The position numbers and the translations under genes were made by a program. From an uncultured Bacteroidales bacterium (GTDB taxonomy: Bacteria; Bacteroidota; Bacteroidia; Bacteroidales; CAYTAU01), in assembly GCA_964435855.1 (NCBI GenBank), contig CAYTAU010000007.1, positions 10,507 through 74,506 on the forward strand: a stretch of DNA of 64,000 nt. The letters are read 5' to 3'. Below the pieces are notes generated by a model. It did no database searches and was not told the DNA's origin. It saw only the letters and a program-made list of their open reading frames with translations. Position 1 is the first letter of the stretch, and the number at the start of each line of letters is the position of its first letter. Below are positions 10,801 through 20,550 of this stretch, one piece after another.

Positions 10801-11198
10801 CTAATCCCACAGTTTCTAATCCTACAGCATCGCCAACAATTACGACAGAATATGTTGCTCAGATTGAGGATTTGAATGGCTGTGTAAACTACGATACAAT
10901 TATTGTTACAGTTATTGATGACTACAAAATAACTCCAAACAATATAATTACACCCAATGCCGATGGAGTTAATGACACATGGAAAATTGAAAATATTGAA
11001 AACTATGGAACTTCAACAGTACTAATTTATGATAGATGGGGTAATGAAATTTACAATAAAGTAGCTTATGATAATTCGTGGAATGGGACAAATAGCAATG
11101 GCGATCTATTGCCCGATGGCTCGTATTATTATGTAATAATATTCGACGAATCTGATATTGTATACAAGGGAGCAATATCCATTTTAAGAAATAATTAA
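7842..11198 (+). CDS. giant PKD-domain surface protein with type B T9SS sorting domain (gliding-motility-associated C-terminal domain)
   Basis: Signal peptide. Four ~95-aa N-terminal repeats (VCYGNN.G.L.L.G..GDI..WE.S..GG..W..I......Y.NL..T..FRV.VKSG.C). About 9 PKD units. C-terminus ITPNADGVNDTWKIENIENYGTSTVLIYDRWGNEIY...LPDGSYYYVI...GAISILRN is the type B CTD signature. Confidence 0.85.
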   Translation: MKKQYTYIIVLIVAILSISSKSYALDSFGGTLELADDTVCYGNNYGMLRLNGEIGDAQYWEYSTSGGSPWITINHTNDSLEYNDLTQTTYFRVIVKYLSTPQDTSSIAVVHVSPISVAGTLSQNMEVCAAGNSETLQLTGYTGDIDYWEYSSDGGTIWNTIANTADTYTFNNLSTTNLFRVIVKSGVCSTDTSNTITVTVYPQTNAGLLSVSDTVCYGNNLGEAILTGFTGDIVRWETSSTGYAPWSSINYISDTLEYTNLVNTSYYRVAVKSGICDEFISNDISLVVSPVSIGGIISGSQEVCSQVNNGTLVLSDYTGDIKNWQYSTDFGTSWSDTANINHTFNYSGLIQTTQFRVVIKSGACDTAYSEISTITVNPLPDVLFSYDTVCRTQATTFVNNCIIITGSISTYSWDFGNGDGNNAETPIYTYPVDGTYTVELTATSNKGCINTLSQIVIVNPSPVVDYSFSNVCDNDTVYFTNSSFSTIAGALSYSWNFDDASTIISDENPSHLYAQSGSYNVKLVVEEDATACKDSVIKLVEVYPRAVPDFSFTNICDGNEMIFTNNTTISSGSINYYWTFGDGQYESSLSPTHLYSSDGVYSVRLSATTDHNCLDTIAKDVIVFAQPVAGFSGTDICYTDTFLFQNESVINSGTMSYLWNFGNGNTSVEENPNYYYFAPGTYNVSLTVESDSGCTDEVYNSVNIYSLPNVLFDVSDVCLYDSAIFVNNSTIQSGSLVYQWYFGDASGSVLEYPKHIYDTAGTYSIKLIATAGGMCSDSITKTLDIFPIPIPDFDATNVCDGEESRFYNQTTISSGNIDGFSWDFGDGTNSVQENPVQQYLNPNTYTVQLVVSSNNGCTADTSMQVTVDYMPIANFVVYDVCANDPISPSNLSTIEQGSMTYLWKFGDNDTSIVPEPNHLYDASGIYGITLLVYSENSCVDSLIRYVKINPLPDAYAGVDTSISKGSEVLLAALGGNIYNWFPSTSLSNPTVSNPTASPTITTEYVAQIEDLNGCVNYDTIIVTVIDDYKITPNNIITPNADGVNDTWKIENIENYGTSTVLIYDRWGNEIYNKVAYDNSWNGTNSNGDLLPDGSYYYVIIFDESDIVYKGAISILRNN

Positions 11199-11207
11199 AT
11201 TCAGAAA

Positions 11208-12662
11208 ATGATGAAGAAGATATATATAATATTAATATTTGCTCAGGTTTCAATAATTACTTTTGGACAACAGCTTTCTGTTAATGACCAGTATTTTACT
11301 AACGGATATTTTTCAAATCCCGCTAAAGCTGGTAGCACCGACAATACAAATGCGTTTATGCTTAATCGTCAGCAGTGGATAGGTATACAAGGAGCTCCTC
11401 AGACATCTGTTTTTAGTATCGATGGTAAAACCAACAATAAGAAAGTTGGGCTGGGCTTGATGTTATCGAGCGATATCGACAATATTTTTAACAGAACTAC
11501 AGTTTCGGGGACTTATGCATATCATCTAAAGATTTCGGAAAAACAAAATATCTCACTGGCTGCTTCGGCGGGCTTGATGAATGTACATATTGCTTTTGAT
11601 GATATTATGGCTGATAATACTTTCGACCCCTTATTGCTATCGGCAGATGCCAACTGCACAAGTTTTGATGCAAACTTTGGAGTAAACTATAATCTCGAAA
11701 ATTTGGAAGTAGGTTTGGTAGCTTATCAATTGGCCGGCACGCGTTTTAATTACGAATCGCAGACAGAAGAAAAGAATGTAAATTATCAGTTAATTCAACA
11801 TTTTATGGGGCTTATAAATTATACTTTTACAATAAAGCCAGAAAAATTAACTGTAGCTCCCAGCGTAATTGTGCGTTCGGTAATGGGAATAGACCCTCAG
11901 CTTGACGCAGGATTTTTTCTTAAATATCAAGATCTGATCTGGACAAATATTGCTTGGCGACAAAATTCGTGTGTTTATGCATCTGTTGGTGCTATTATTT
12001 ATGATAATATTATTATTGGTGGCTCTTATGAGTATAACATTGGCAGTATTTCTAAGTTTTCTGGTTCGAGTTTCGAAGTAATTGTTGGATATAGATTTGG
12101 TGGTGGTTCTCAACAAAAATCTTCGGGTTCGTCTGTAAGCAACTCTGATATTAAACGATTAAAAGAGATTGCACAAAAGCAATCGGAAGAAATGGACAAA
12201 GTAATTTCTGAAAACAAAAAACTAAATAAAAATATTAAAAGAAATGAAAATGACATTACTCTTTTAAAAGAAGAAATTGAAAGATTACAGCATTCGTCAA
12301 AACTTAACCATTCGGACAAAAAGCACATTGATGATTTTAAAGCAACACACGAAGTAAAATCTTTCAACACTACTATGTATACCGACCCCGATAGTACAAG
12401 TGATGGTTTTAAAAGCGAACAATATTGTGTAATAGCCGGTGCATACAAAACTGTTAAAAATGCAAAATTGGGACAGAAAATTTTAAAGCGTGAAATAAAC
12501 CTTGATACCTATCTTATTAAAAACCCGGGAAGTTCATTTTATTTCATTGCTACAGACTTTTTCGACAATACTAAAGATGTTACTGAGGAACACAAAAGAC
12601 TAAAAGCCTTGCATATTGAAACCATTATTAATGGAAAAACCTGGGTTTATAAAGCAAAGTAA
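11208..12662 (+). CDS. PorP/SprF-family T9SS membrane protein with C-terminal coiled-coil + SPOR-like extension
   Basis: N-terminus GQQLSVNDQYFTNGYFSNPAKAG...NRQQWIGIQGAPQTSVFSIDG matches the PorP/SprF family. Lies 9 nt downstream of the type B CTD gene. Residues ~300-484 are additional (see findings). Confidence 0.8.
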   Translation: MMKKIYIILIFAQVSIITFGQQLSVNDQYFTNGYFSNPAKAGSTDNTNAFMLNRQQWIGIQGAPQTSVFSIDGKTNNKKVGLGLMLSSDIDNIFNRTTVSGTYAYHLKISEKQNISLAASAGLMNVHIAFDDIMADNTFDPLLLSADANCTSFDANFGVNYNLENLEVGLVAYQLAGTRFNYESQTEEKNVNYQLIQHFMGLINYTFTIKPEKLTVAPSVIVRSVMGIDPQLDAGFFLKYQDLIWTNIAWRQNSCVYASVGAIIYDNIIIGGSYEYNIGSISKFSGSSFEVIVGYRFGGGSQQKSSGSSVSNSDIKRLKEIAQKQSEEMDKVISENKKLNKNIKRNENDITLLKEEIERLQHSSKLNHSDKKHIDDFKATHEVKSFNTTMYTDPDSTSDGFKSEQYCVIAGAYKTVKNAKLGQKILKREINLDTYLIKNPGSSFYFIATDFFDNTKDVTEEHKRLKALHIETIINGKTWVYKAK

Positions 12663-12805
12663 ATTAATTGAGAATCCTCACAAAGAACAATTGTATTGCT
12701 AACATTATTTGACTCTTATAAGCTAAAGAATAAGCTTTTTAATTGCAAGAAAAACGTTTTATAAAATTATCATAACATTTTTATAAAAATAGCGTAATAA
12801 CAAGT

Positions 12806-15181
12806 ATGAAAAATTCTACAATTAGTTTTATCTTATTTATAATATTTTCTCATGCATATTCTCAAAATGCAACTATAAAGGGAAAAATAACAGACAGTTC
12901 AAATAATGAGGATTTATTTGGCGTAAATATAATAACAAATGAAAAACAGGGAGCAACAACAGATTTTGACGGAAATTATATAATGGAAATTACACCTGGG
13001 AAAAAAACATTGAACTTTTACTATGTTGGATATCAGGATGTAAAAAAGGAAATTGATGTGAAAGATGGAGAAACACTTACAATCAATATTCAGATGGGAG
13101 TTGAATCTGAGTTAATAAATGAAGTCGTTGTAAGTGCAGGAAAATTCGAACAAAAACTTTCTGATGTAACAGTTTCGATGGAAGTTTTAAAAGCACAACA
13201 AATAGAGAATATCAATACAACTTCTATGGAAAATGCTATAAATCAAATTCCAGGTATTGAAATAATGGATGACCAACCAAGTATTAGAGGTGGTAGTGGC
13301 TATAGTTTTGGGGCAGGTTCTAGAGTAATGGTATTAATGGACGATCTTCCAATATTATCTCCCGATGCCGGTGATGTAAAATGGAATTTTATTCCTGTCG
13401 AGAATATATCGCAGGTTGAAGTTATCAAGGGTGCTTCTTCAGCTTTATTCGGTTCTTCAGCTCTTAATGGTGTTATTAATATTAGAACAGCTTTTCCAAA
13501 AGACAAGCCGGAGACAAAATTCAGTTTATATAATGGATTATATATGAACCCGAAAAGAAAGGATTTGATTTGGTGGGGAAATAATCAACAAATGTTTAGT
13601 GGTGCAAATTTTCTTCATAGCAGAAAAATTGGCAATCTAGATTTTGTTACTGGAGCACATGTTTTTAATGATAATGGATATAGAAAAAACGAAAATGAAG
13701 AAAGGGCAAGAATTAATATGAACCTAAAATATCGTGATAAAAAAGTTCGCGGATTAATTTATGGCATTAATTCAAATTTTTTGTATTTCGATAAATTGGA
13801 TTTTATAATGTGGGATAATGATACGACAGGAGGATATACTCAATCAGACGAGACAATAACTTCTTCGCAGGGAGCCAGAATTAATATTGACCCATATATA
13901 TCTTATACTAATGTAAAAGGGAGCAAACATTCACTAAAAACCAGGTATTATTATGTAGCAAATACATACAAAGACGATTCTACAAAAGATAGTAAAGCAG
14001 GTATGTACTATGCTCAATATCAATTTCAAAAAAAACTTGGGAATAGTTTACATTGGATTTCTGGTATATCTACTACATTTTCCGATATTACATCAAATTT
14101 ATTCGGAAATCATTACAGCTCTAATTTTGCTTGTTTTACTCAATTTGATAAAAAAATCAAAAGATTATCTTTATCTGCCGGTCTAAGAACAGAGTATTTT
14201 AGAATAGATTCTACAGAAACTGTTTCAAAAATTGATTTGATGATTTCAAATGACACATTAAAACTACCTGTTATTCCTGTTGTAAGAGCAGGTGCTAATT
14301 ATCAAATAGCAAAATATACATTTATCAGGGCTTCTTTTGGGCAAGGCTTCAGATTTCCATCTGTCGCAGAAAAATACACATCTGCCTTAGTCAGTTCTCT
14401 TAGAATATTTCCAAACCCCAACTTAAGATTGGAGAAAGGATGGAGTGCCGAAATTGGAATAAAACAAGGTGTGAAAATTGGCAATTGGAACGGATACCTT
14501 GATATTGCAGGGTTTTGGACAGAATATGAAGATATGATGGAATATGCTTTTGGCGTTTATAATCCCGAAACATATAAACCCATGGATCCCTGGAATAATC
14601 CAGTAGATTCTGCCATATTTATGGAATATGCAATGGCAGGAAAATTCTTAGAATGTTATGGATTCCAGTCAAGAAATGTAGGAAATGCGAAAATTACCGG
14701 AGTAGATGCTAACTTTACAAGTGCAGGCGAAATTTTTGGTATCCCTACAACTTTCATGATTGGCTATGTTTATACAAACCCTATTGACCTGACTGTTGAC
14801 CCCAATGATACAACTAGAAGTACAGACAGCAATATGCTTAAATATCGATTTTACCATTCAGTAAAAGGGGATGTTCAATTCGAATACAAAAAACTAACTT
14901 TTGGTTTAAGCTATGTGTTTAATAGTTACATGGTAAATGTCGATGATATATTTTTGAAACCTATGACTGGCGACATTTATATTGTTCCCGGGTATAGTGA
15001 CTACAGAGAAAGACATAACACAGGTTATGAAGTCTGGGATGCGAGAATTGCTTATAATCTTACAGAAACATCAAAAGTTTCAATTGTTGTAAAGAATTTG
15101 CTTAACGAAGAGTATATGACCCGTCCTACAGACTTAAGACCACCTAGAAATATTGCAATTCAGTACGTGCTTAGTATATAA
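12806..15181 (+). CDS. TonB-dependent receptor with N-terminal carboxypeptidase-regulatory-like domain
   Basis: ATIKGKITDSSNNEDLFGVNII (CarbopepD_reg-like). Plug region (VVVSAGKFEQKLSDVTVSMEVL..., IRGGSGYSFGAGSRVMVLMDDLPI). Long beta-barrel ending in aromatic-rich strands. Confidence 0.85.
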   Translation: MKNSTISFILFIIFSHAYSQNATIKGKITDSSNNEDLFGVNIITNEKQGATTDFDGNYIMEITPGKKTLNFYYVGYQDVKKEIDVKDGETLTINIQMGVESELINEVVVSAGKFEQKLSDVTVSMEVLKAQQIENINTTSMENAINQIPGIEIMDDQPSIRGGSGYSFGAGSRVMVLMDDLPILSPDAGDVKWNFIPVENISQVEVIKGASSALFGSSALNGVINIRTAFPKDKPETKFSLYNGLYMNPKRKDLIWWGNNQQMFSGANFLHSRKIGNLDFVTGAHVFNDNGYRKNENEERARINMNLKYRDKKVRGLIYGINSNFLYFDKLDFIMWDNDTTGGYTQSDETITSSQGARINIDPYISYTNVKGSKHSLKTRYYYVANTYKDDSTKDSKAGMYYAQYQFQKKLGNSLHWISGISTTFSDITSNLFGNHYSSNFACFTQFDKKIKRLSLSAGLRTEYFRIDSTETVSKIDLMISNDTLKLPVIPVVRAGANYQIAKYTFIRASFGQGFRFPSVAEKYTSALVSSLRIFPNPNLRLEKGWSAEIGIKQGVKIGNWNGYLDIAGFWTEYEDMMEYAFGVYNPETYKPMDPWNNPVDSAIFMEYAMAGKFLECYGFQSRNVGNAKITGVDANFTSAGEIFGIPTTFMIGYVYTNPIDLTVDPNDTTRSTDSNMLKYRFYHSVKGDVQFEYKKLTFGLSYVFNSYMVNVDDIFLKPMTGDIYIVPGYSDYRERHNTGYEVWDARIAYNLTETSKVSIVVKNLLNEEYMTRPTDLRPPRNIAIQYVLSI

Positions 15182-15192
15182 TTTGAAAAATT

Positions 15193-15936
15193 CTATGAAC
15201 TCTTTATTAATTGTTTTGTATATGCTTTTTTCCCGTTAGTTACAGAAAATATATATACCCCTTTTGTAAGTTTTTCGCCGTTAAATCTAAAATAATTATC
15301 TCCTGTATGAGATCTTGTTTTTTCAGAATATACTTTTTCTCCAAGAATATTGAATACTTTTAGCTCTACTGTTTCGGAGGTATTGTTGTGAAATCCGATT
15401 CTTGAAGTTGAATAAAAAGGATTAGGAATATTTCCCAGCAATGAAAATTCTTTATTATTAAAATCCTTAATTGTAGCAGATTCATTAATAACGATTACCA
15501 GCGAAGTGTCGTCTGTTTGTTCCGGAGTTGCAACAGGGTTGCCAAGAATTGATATGTATGGAATAACCCTAACTCCGAGATTATATGTTCCAGCTGTTGT
15601 AGGCGTGCCACTAATTAAAACACAATAGGAGTTATATGGAAACATATCTGTTGCATTTGCCTGATATGTAAGCCCAGGAGGCATATTGTCAACACCGGTA
15701 ATAGTAATATGATGAATTGTAACTGTACCTGAACCAAGATCGGATTCATAAGGAGGAATAATTGTTACAACCTGAGAATATGGTACACCAACTTCGCCGT
15801 CGGGCAAATCTTCAGGGCAAATTTCACCGGGATTTAATGAATCTACACAAGAGGGGTCGGGTGTACATTGTGCCGATAAATTATTTCCCCATATCACGAT
15901 TGTCAATAACAACAAAAAAGCTAAATATTTTTTCAT
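15193..15936 (-). CDS. small secreted protein with Ig-like domain and type A T9SS C-terminal domain
   Basis: Signal peptide. C-terminus GNIPNPFYSTSRIGFHNN..VELKVFNILGEKVY...GVYIFSVTNGKKAYTKQLIK. Confidence 0.7.
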   Translation of the reverse strand: MKKYLAFLLLLTIVIWGNNLSAQCTPDPSCVDSLNPGEICPEDLPDGEVGVPYSQVVTIIPPYESDLGSGTVTIHHITITGVDNMPPGLTYQANATDMFPYNSYCVLISGTPTTAGTYNLGVRVIPYISILGNPVATPEQTDDTSLVIVINESATIKDFNNKEFSLLGNIPNPFYSTSRIGFHNNTSETVELKVFNILGEKVYSEKTRSHTGDNYFRFNGEKLTKGVYIFSVTNGKKAYTKQLIKSS

Positions 15937-15970
15937 GGTCCTATTTTTTTAAAATTTATATGTAAAGGTA

Positions 15971-17407
15971 TTACAATTTTATAGGAATGCCTTTATAAAA
16001 ATCTAAAATCTTTGATTTAAAAATATAATCGTATTTTGCCTGAGTCAAATCAGATTGTGTTTTTACAAAATTGTTTTTTGCAATATTATAGTCAACAAAA
16101 TTCATTAAACCAACATCAAATTTTTGTTGTGAATACATAAAAGCTTTCTCAATTGATGAAAAAGCTTTTTTAGTTGAATAATATTTTTTTAATGCAGCTA
16201 GTGCATCTGCATATTTTTGTTGAATTTCTTTATGTAATTGATTTTTTTGAAGTTGCAGATTGTATTGTGCATTCAAAACACCGATTTTTGCATTGCTGAT
16301 AGCTTTAGATGCTTGTAAACCATTAAAAATTGGTATAGTTAAACTAAAAGCCAGTGAAGTGCTTTCATTGTCTTTAATTTGATTGTTAAAAGGGCGTACT
16401 TCACTATCATAATTTAAATCATAACTATAGCTATATACGGGGTAAGTACCTGCTCCAATTTGTGTATAACCCGACAAAACTGTTCCAAATGTTGTATCTG
16501 TAACAAAATAATTTTCATAAGCATTTGAGTATCCCGTACCCCACGATGCACTCATGCTTAACCGTGGGCTCCTTCCTCCTTTTGCAACAGACAATCCTTT
16601 TTCAGAGCTAATTAGCATATATTCAGCACTCTTGATTTCCGGCAAATTATTAATAGCTTCATTATAAATATCGTTAATTGAAAAATTTATCGTTGAGACA
16701 TCTAATTCGGGAAATTCAGGTCTGATAATATTGAAATTTTCAACAGAATCAAGATCAAGTAATTGTTGCAAATTTAAAATTGAAATATCAAGTTGATTTT
16801 GTGAATTAACAACCTGTAGTTCATCACTTGCAAATTGTGCTTCTATTTCAAGCAAATTACCCTGTGGCACACTTCCTGCTTCTACCATGTTTCTAGTACG
16901 TTCTACTTGTAAATTTGTAATTTCAAGTTGTTTTTCTGTATTTTCAAGTAAATCCTGATTAAATAAAATTTGCAAATATGCAGCTGCAATATTTAATGAA
17001 ATATCATTTTTCATTTTTTCAACATCCTGAATACTTGCTAAAAGCTCAAATTTATTTTGTTTTATTTTATTAATATTCTGAAGTCCGTTAAAGACAAGGA
17101 AAGAGGAGCTTAATGAAAAATTGTTTGAACTTACATTATTTTCAGTAAAATCATTTGTATATGGGTCAACAGACCTTCCCCATGTAAAATTTTGAGAAGA
17201 ATTACCATTTAATGTCGGCAAAACTCCGGCTTTTGATTGAATATACCTGTTCTCAGATAATTTCACATTCAATTCTTGCTGTTTTATTTGAATATTATTA
17301 TCAAGGGCATAACTAACACAGTTTTCTAAGTCCCACTTGTTTTGTGATGACATTAATAAACTTGTAACGGACAGTATTATGGTGTAAATATAAATTTTTA
17401 GATTCAT
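15971..17407 (-). CDS. TolC-family outer membrane efflux protein
   Basis: Signal peptide, two OEP-type repeats, and typical start WDLENCVSYALDNNIQIKQQELN and coiled-coil periodicity. Confidence 0.85.
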   Translation of the reverse strand: MNLKIYIYTIILSVTSLLMSSQNKWDLENCVSYALDNNIQIKQQELNVKLSENRYIQSKAGVLPTLNGNSSQNFTWGRSVDPYTNDFTENNVSSNNFSLSSSFLVFNGLQNINKIKQNKFELLASIQDVEKMKNDISLNIAAAYLQILFNQDLLENTEKQLEITNLQVERTRNMVEAGSVPQGNLLEIEAQFASDELQVVNSQNQLDISILNLQQLLDLDSVENFNIIRPEFPELDVSTINFSINDIYNEAINNLPEIKSAEYMLISSEKGLSVAKGGRSPRLSMSASWGTGYSNAYENYFVTDTTFGTVLSGYTQIGAGTYPVYSYSYDLNYDSEVRPFNNQIKDNESTSLAFSLTIPIFNGLQASKAISNAKIGVLNAQYNLQLQKNQLHKEIQQKYADALAALKKYYSTKKAFSSIEKAFMYSQQKFDVGLMNFVDYNIAKNNFVKTQSDLTQAKYDYIFKSKILDFYKGIPIKL

Positions 17408-17429
17408 AATATAAAAATCGCAGTAAAAA

Positions 17430-19364
17430 CTATCTGCTTAAAAGTAACTTAAATTCAACAGAATTTTCTGTAGAATTTTTTGGCAATAATTTCCCAATAT
17501 AAATACCGTTTTCAACATTGCTTAGGTCTAACTCTATATGTGTACCATTTAAATTTGTAATATGTTTTACCTTACTTCCGGTAATATCATAAACTTCAAG
17601 CTCGTATTCTCCTGAAAGTAGTTTTGAAAAACAAATTGTAGTTTTTCCTGCAAATGGATTTGGGTATATATTTAACTGATCGCTGATATCTTTTATATTT
17701 GTGTTTGTGAAAATAGCGCCGGGAGCATTTAATACCCAGTTGACAGGGTCAACTTCAATGCCTGTAACAGTATTTGTAATATGGAATTTATATTGTTGTA
17801 TGTTCTGTGTTTGATATACTCTAAATGTAGTATCTCCGGTATCAAATATTATTTTGTATTCCATATCATTACCAAAGAAAGGAGTTACAGCCGAAGAAGT
17901 AGTTTGTTCAACATCTAACGTTACTGTATCATTAATATGGCTCCATATTACATTATAAGTAGGAAATCCTTCTCCATAATACCAATGGTCAAAGAAATCA
18001 GTAAAATCAATACTTGAATTTGTGTTTAAAAAATCTCTAAAATCTGCTCCGGTTGCAACGCTATCTTTAAAATCGTTTTGAAAATCGGCTAATATATCAA
18101 AGAACAAAGTATCGTTATCAAGCATAAATCTTATTGTATGCACTATTGAAGCACCTTTTTTATAACTTAGTGCATTGCTGAATATTCGCGATTCATTCAT
18201 GGCATCAGCAAGTGGGATATAAATGCTTCCAAAAGGCTCATCCATTGCTAAATCATGTGCTGATACCATCCAATCATCAGCTTCTGCCTGAGAAACTAAA
18301 AACTGATTTGCAAGATATTCGGTATAAGATGCAAAACCTTCATTAATCCATATATCCTGCCATGTTGCACAAGTAACATTATCTCCAAACCACTGATGTC
18401 CTAATTCATGAGCTATAATCCTAAAATTTAAATATCCTGTTGTTGTCATTGTTTGATGCTCCATTGCGCCACCCAAAGGAGCCTGACAATGTCCATATTT
18501 TTCATCTTTAAATGGGTACATTCCATAAAGTTCTGAAAATAATTCAATAAGCTCTGCCGTTTGATCAATATCACTAAGATTAGTTGGACTTGTATCATAA
18601 ACATAATTCTGAACCAGTATAGAATCAGTTATTCCTTCAGGATGAGCGTAAAAATTATACTCTTCATATTCAGATACGGCTATAGAGATTAAATAATAAT
18701 TTATAGGATAGTATGATTTCCATTCATATCTGCTTTTAGTACTGCCAACAGGAGTAATGGCTGTTAAAATACCATTTGAGCCGGCTTTAAGGCTATTATC
18801 AACAGTAATAAAAACATAAACTGAATCAGCTTTATCGCTTAATACCTCTTTTGCGGGAAACCATTCTTTTGCATGAAAAGATTCTGATAATGTCCAGGTA
18901 GTATTAGGAACAGCACCATACCAATTGCCTGATGTTAATCCTCCTCCTGCTGAAGTTCCTGAATAAAATACCTGAACAGTAAAATATGTGTTTGCAGATA
19001 TTGCAGGAATTATTATTGATATTTCATCACTTGAGTGTTGATATATTACATTAATATCGTCAAATAAAATTGAATCTATATTCATACTATTATCAAGCTG
19101 AATAATAAATGTGTCAAGGTCATTAACAGCTATAGCTTTAATAAAAGTATTACCCTGAATAAATTCAGTAGTACTTGATACTTCAAGATCAATAAAATAA
19201 AAATTTATATCATAATTATCCATTGCCAGATTATAAACAAGACCTGCTTTTAAATGCTCTGTATGACCATGAGAACATTTATGCTTTTCAAAATGTTCCA
19301 CTCTTTGTGAAAAAGAGATATTAATTAAAAAAATTAATGCGATAATAAAAAAGGCATTTTTCAT
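17430..19364 (-). CDS. M1-family zinc metallopeptidase (aminopeptidase N-like) with T9SS C-terminal domain
   Basis: HELGHQWFGD...WINEGFASY (HEXXH-X18-E) zinc site. C-terminus IYPNPFAGKTTICF...GIYIGKLL is a T9SS CTD. Confidence 0.9.
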   Translation of the reverse strand: MKNAFFIIALIFLINISFSQRVEHFEKHKCSHGHTEHLKAGLVYNLAMDNYDINFYFIDLEVSSTTEFIQGNTFIKAIAVNDLDTFIIQLDNSMNIDSILFDDINVIYQHSSDEISIIIPAISANTYFTVQVFYSGTSAGGGLTSGNWYGAVPNTTWTLSESFHAKEWFPAKEVLSDKADSVYVFITVDNSLKAGSNGILTAITPVGSTKSRYEWKSYYPINYYLISIAVSEYEEYNFYAHPEGITDSILVQNYVYDTSPTNLSDIDQTAELIELFSELYGMYPFKDEKYGHCQAPLGGAMEHQTMTTTGYLNFRIIAHELGHQWFGDNVTCATWQDIWINEGFASYTEYLANQFLVSQAEADDWMVSAHDLAMDEPFGSIYIPLADAMNESRIFSNALSYKKGASIVHTIRFMLDNDTLFFDILADFQNDFKDSVATGADFRDFLNTNSSIDFTDFFDHWYYGEGFPTYNVIWSHINDTVTLDVEQTTSSAVTPFFGNDMEYKIIFDTGDTTFRVYQTQNIQQYKFHITNTVTGIEVDPVNWVLNAPGAIFTNTNIKDISDQLNIYPNPFAGKTTICFSKLLSGEYELEVYDITGSKVKHITNLNGTHIELDLSNVENGIYIGKLLPKNSTENSVEFKLLLSR

Positions 19365-19508
19365 AATTATTTTTAATTTTAAATTTTAAGCTTGCAATTT
19401 AATTAAATAAAATAAAAAATGAATAATTTTGAACAATAATTTTTGTTGCATTTTAAGCGCAATTACAGAATTGGCATTACTTTTATAAAAATTAATTTAT
19501 ATCCTAAA

Positions 19509-20321
19509 ATGAAAAAGAAAAATTGGATATTTTGGATACTTGCAATACTGATAACCACAGGGGCAGCATATTATCAGCGAATTACAGGTCCTTCATATAG
19601 TAAGATCGTTAAGTTTGAAATTTCCGGTAATCAGGAAAAATTTGTTTTACCTAGAAGTCAAGCAGGAAAAACGGATTGTTTGTTAGAATTGCCTGTAGCA
19701 GACAATAGTGTAACTGGAAATTTATTTTACAAAAAATATCCCACAAATGATGAATGGACAGAATTAGCATTAAAAAGAAAAAATGATACATTATTTGCAT
19801 TTATACCCAATCAACCTAAAGCCGGTAAATTGGCTTACTATATTGAATTATATACTGAATCAGGCAAAATTGAAATTGAAAAAAATAATCCTGTTATTAT
19901 AAGATTTAGAGGTGATGTTCCCGTATACATTATGATTCCCCATATCTTTTTTATATTTTTTGCAATGTTGATATCTAATCTAGCAGGCTTATTCGCCATT
20001 GGAAAAAGAAAATCTTATTTAAGATATAGTAAAATTGCGTTTTTATTATTATTAATTGGAGGAATGATATTAGGACCAATTGTTCAGAAATTTGCTTTTA
20101 ATGAATTTTGGGCTGGTGTTCCTTTTGGTTGGGATTTAACTGACAATAAGACTTTAATTGCATTTACGGGATGGATAATAGCACTTGTTTTAAATTGGAA
20201 AAAAGAACGTCGTTGGGCGGTAATTGGTGCTGCAATATTAATGATAATTATTTTTTCAATACCACATAGTATGTTTGGCTCTGAATTAGATCATACTACC
20301 GGAGTTATTTCTCAAGGATAA
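19509..20321 (+). CDS. multi-pass membrane protein of unknown function
   Basis: The tracked ORF starts at TTG 19443. ATG 19509 (MKKKNWIFWILAILITTGAAYY) gives a sensible TM start. Four or more further hydrophobic helices follow. Confidence 0.6.
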   Translation: MKKKNWIFWILAILITTGAAYYQRITGPSYSKIVKFEISGNQEKFVLPRSQAGKTDCLLELPVADNSVTGNLFYKKYPTNDEWTELALKRKNDTLFAFIPNQPKAGKLAYYIELYTESGKIEIEKNNPVIIRFRGDVPVYIMIPHIFFIFFAMLISNLAGLFAIGKRKSYLRYSKIAFLLLLIGGMILGPIVQKFAFNEFWAGVPFGWDLTDNKTLIAFTGWIIALVLNWKKERRWAVIGAAILMIIIFSIPHSMFGSELDHTTGVISQG

Positions 20322-20550
20322 AAATATATGTCAAAATAAATCAAGTTGTCGAATTTTTGGTATTGCGTAATCAAAATCTATTTTAAACAAGTTGACAATT
20401 TGCAGTAGTCAATATGCAAAAAATTTTCAGCCATTTATTTCAGGCATTTTAGCTCACTTTAAATATTTTAGTCATTTGTATTTTTATTGAATAAAATGTA
20501 TAATTTTAGCACCAGATTTTATAAAATGAAGAAGTCCTGATTTGTATAAA

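Noticed and set aside
309-11198. Diversity-generating retroelement acting on the variable surface proteins.
   Set aside because: There is no reverse transcriptase ORF and no template/variable repeat pair with adenine-specific differences visible in the window.
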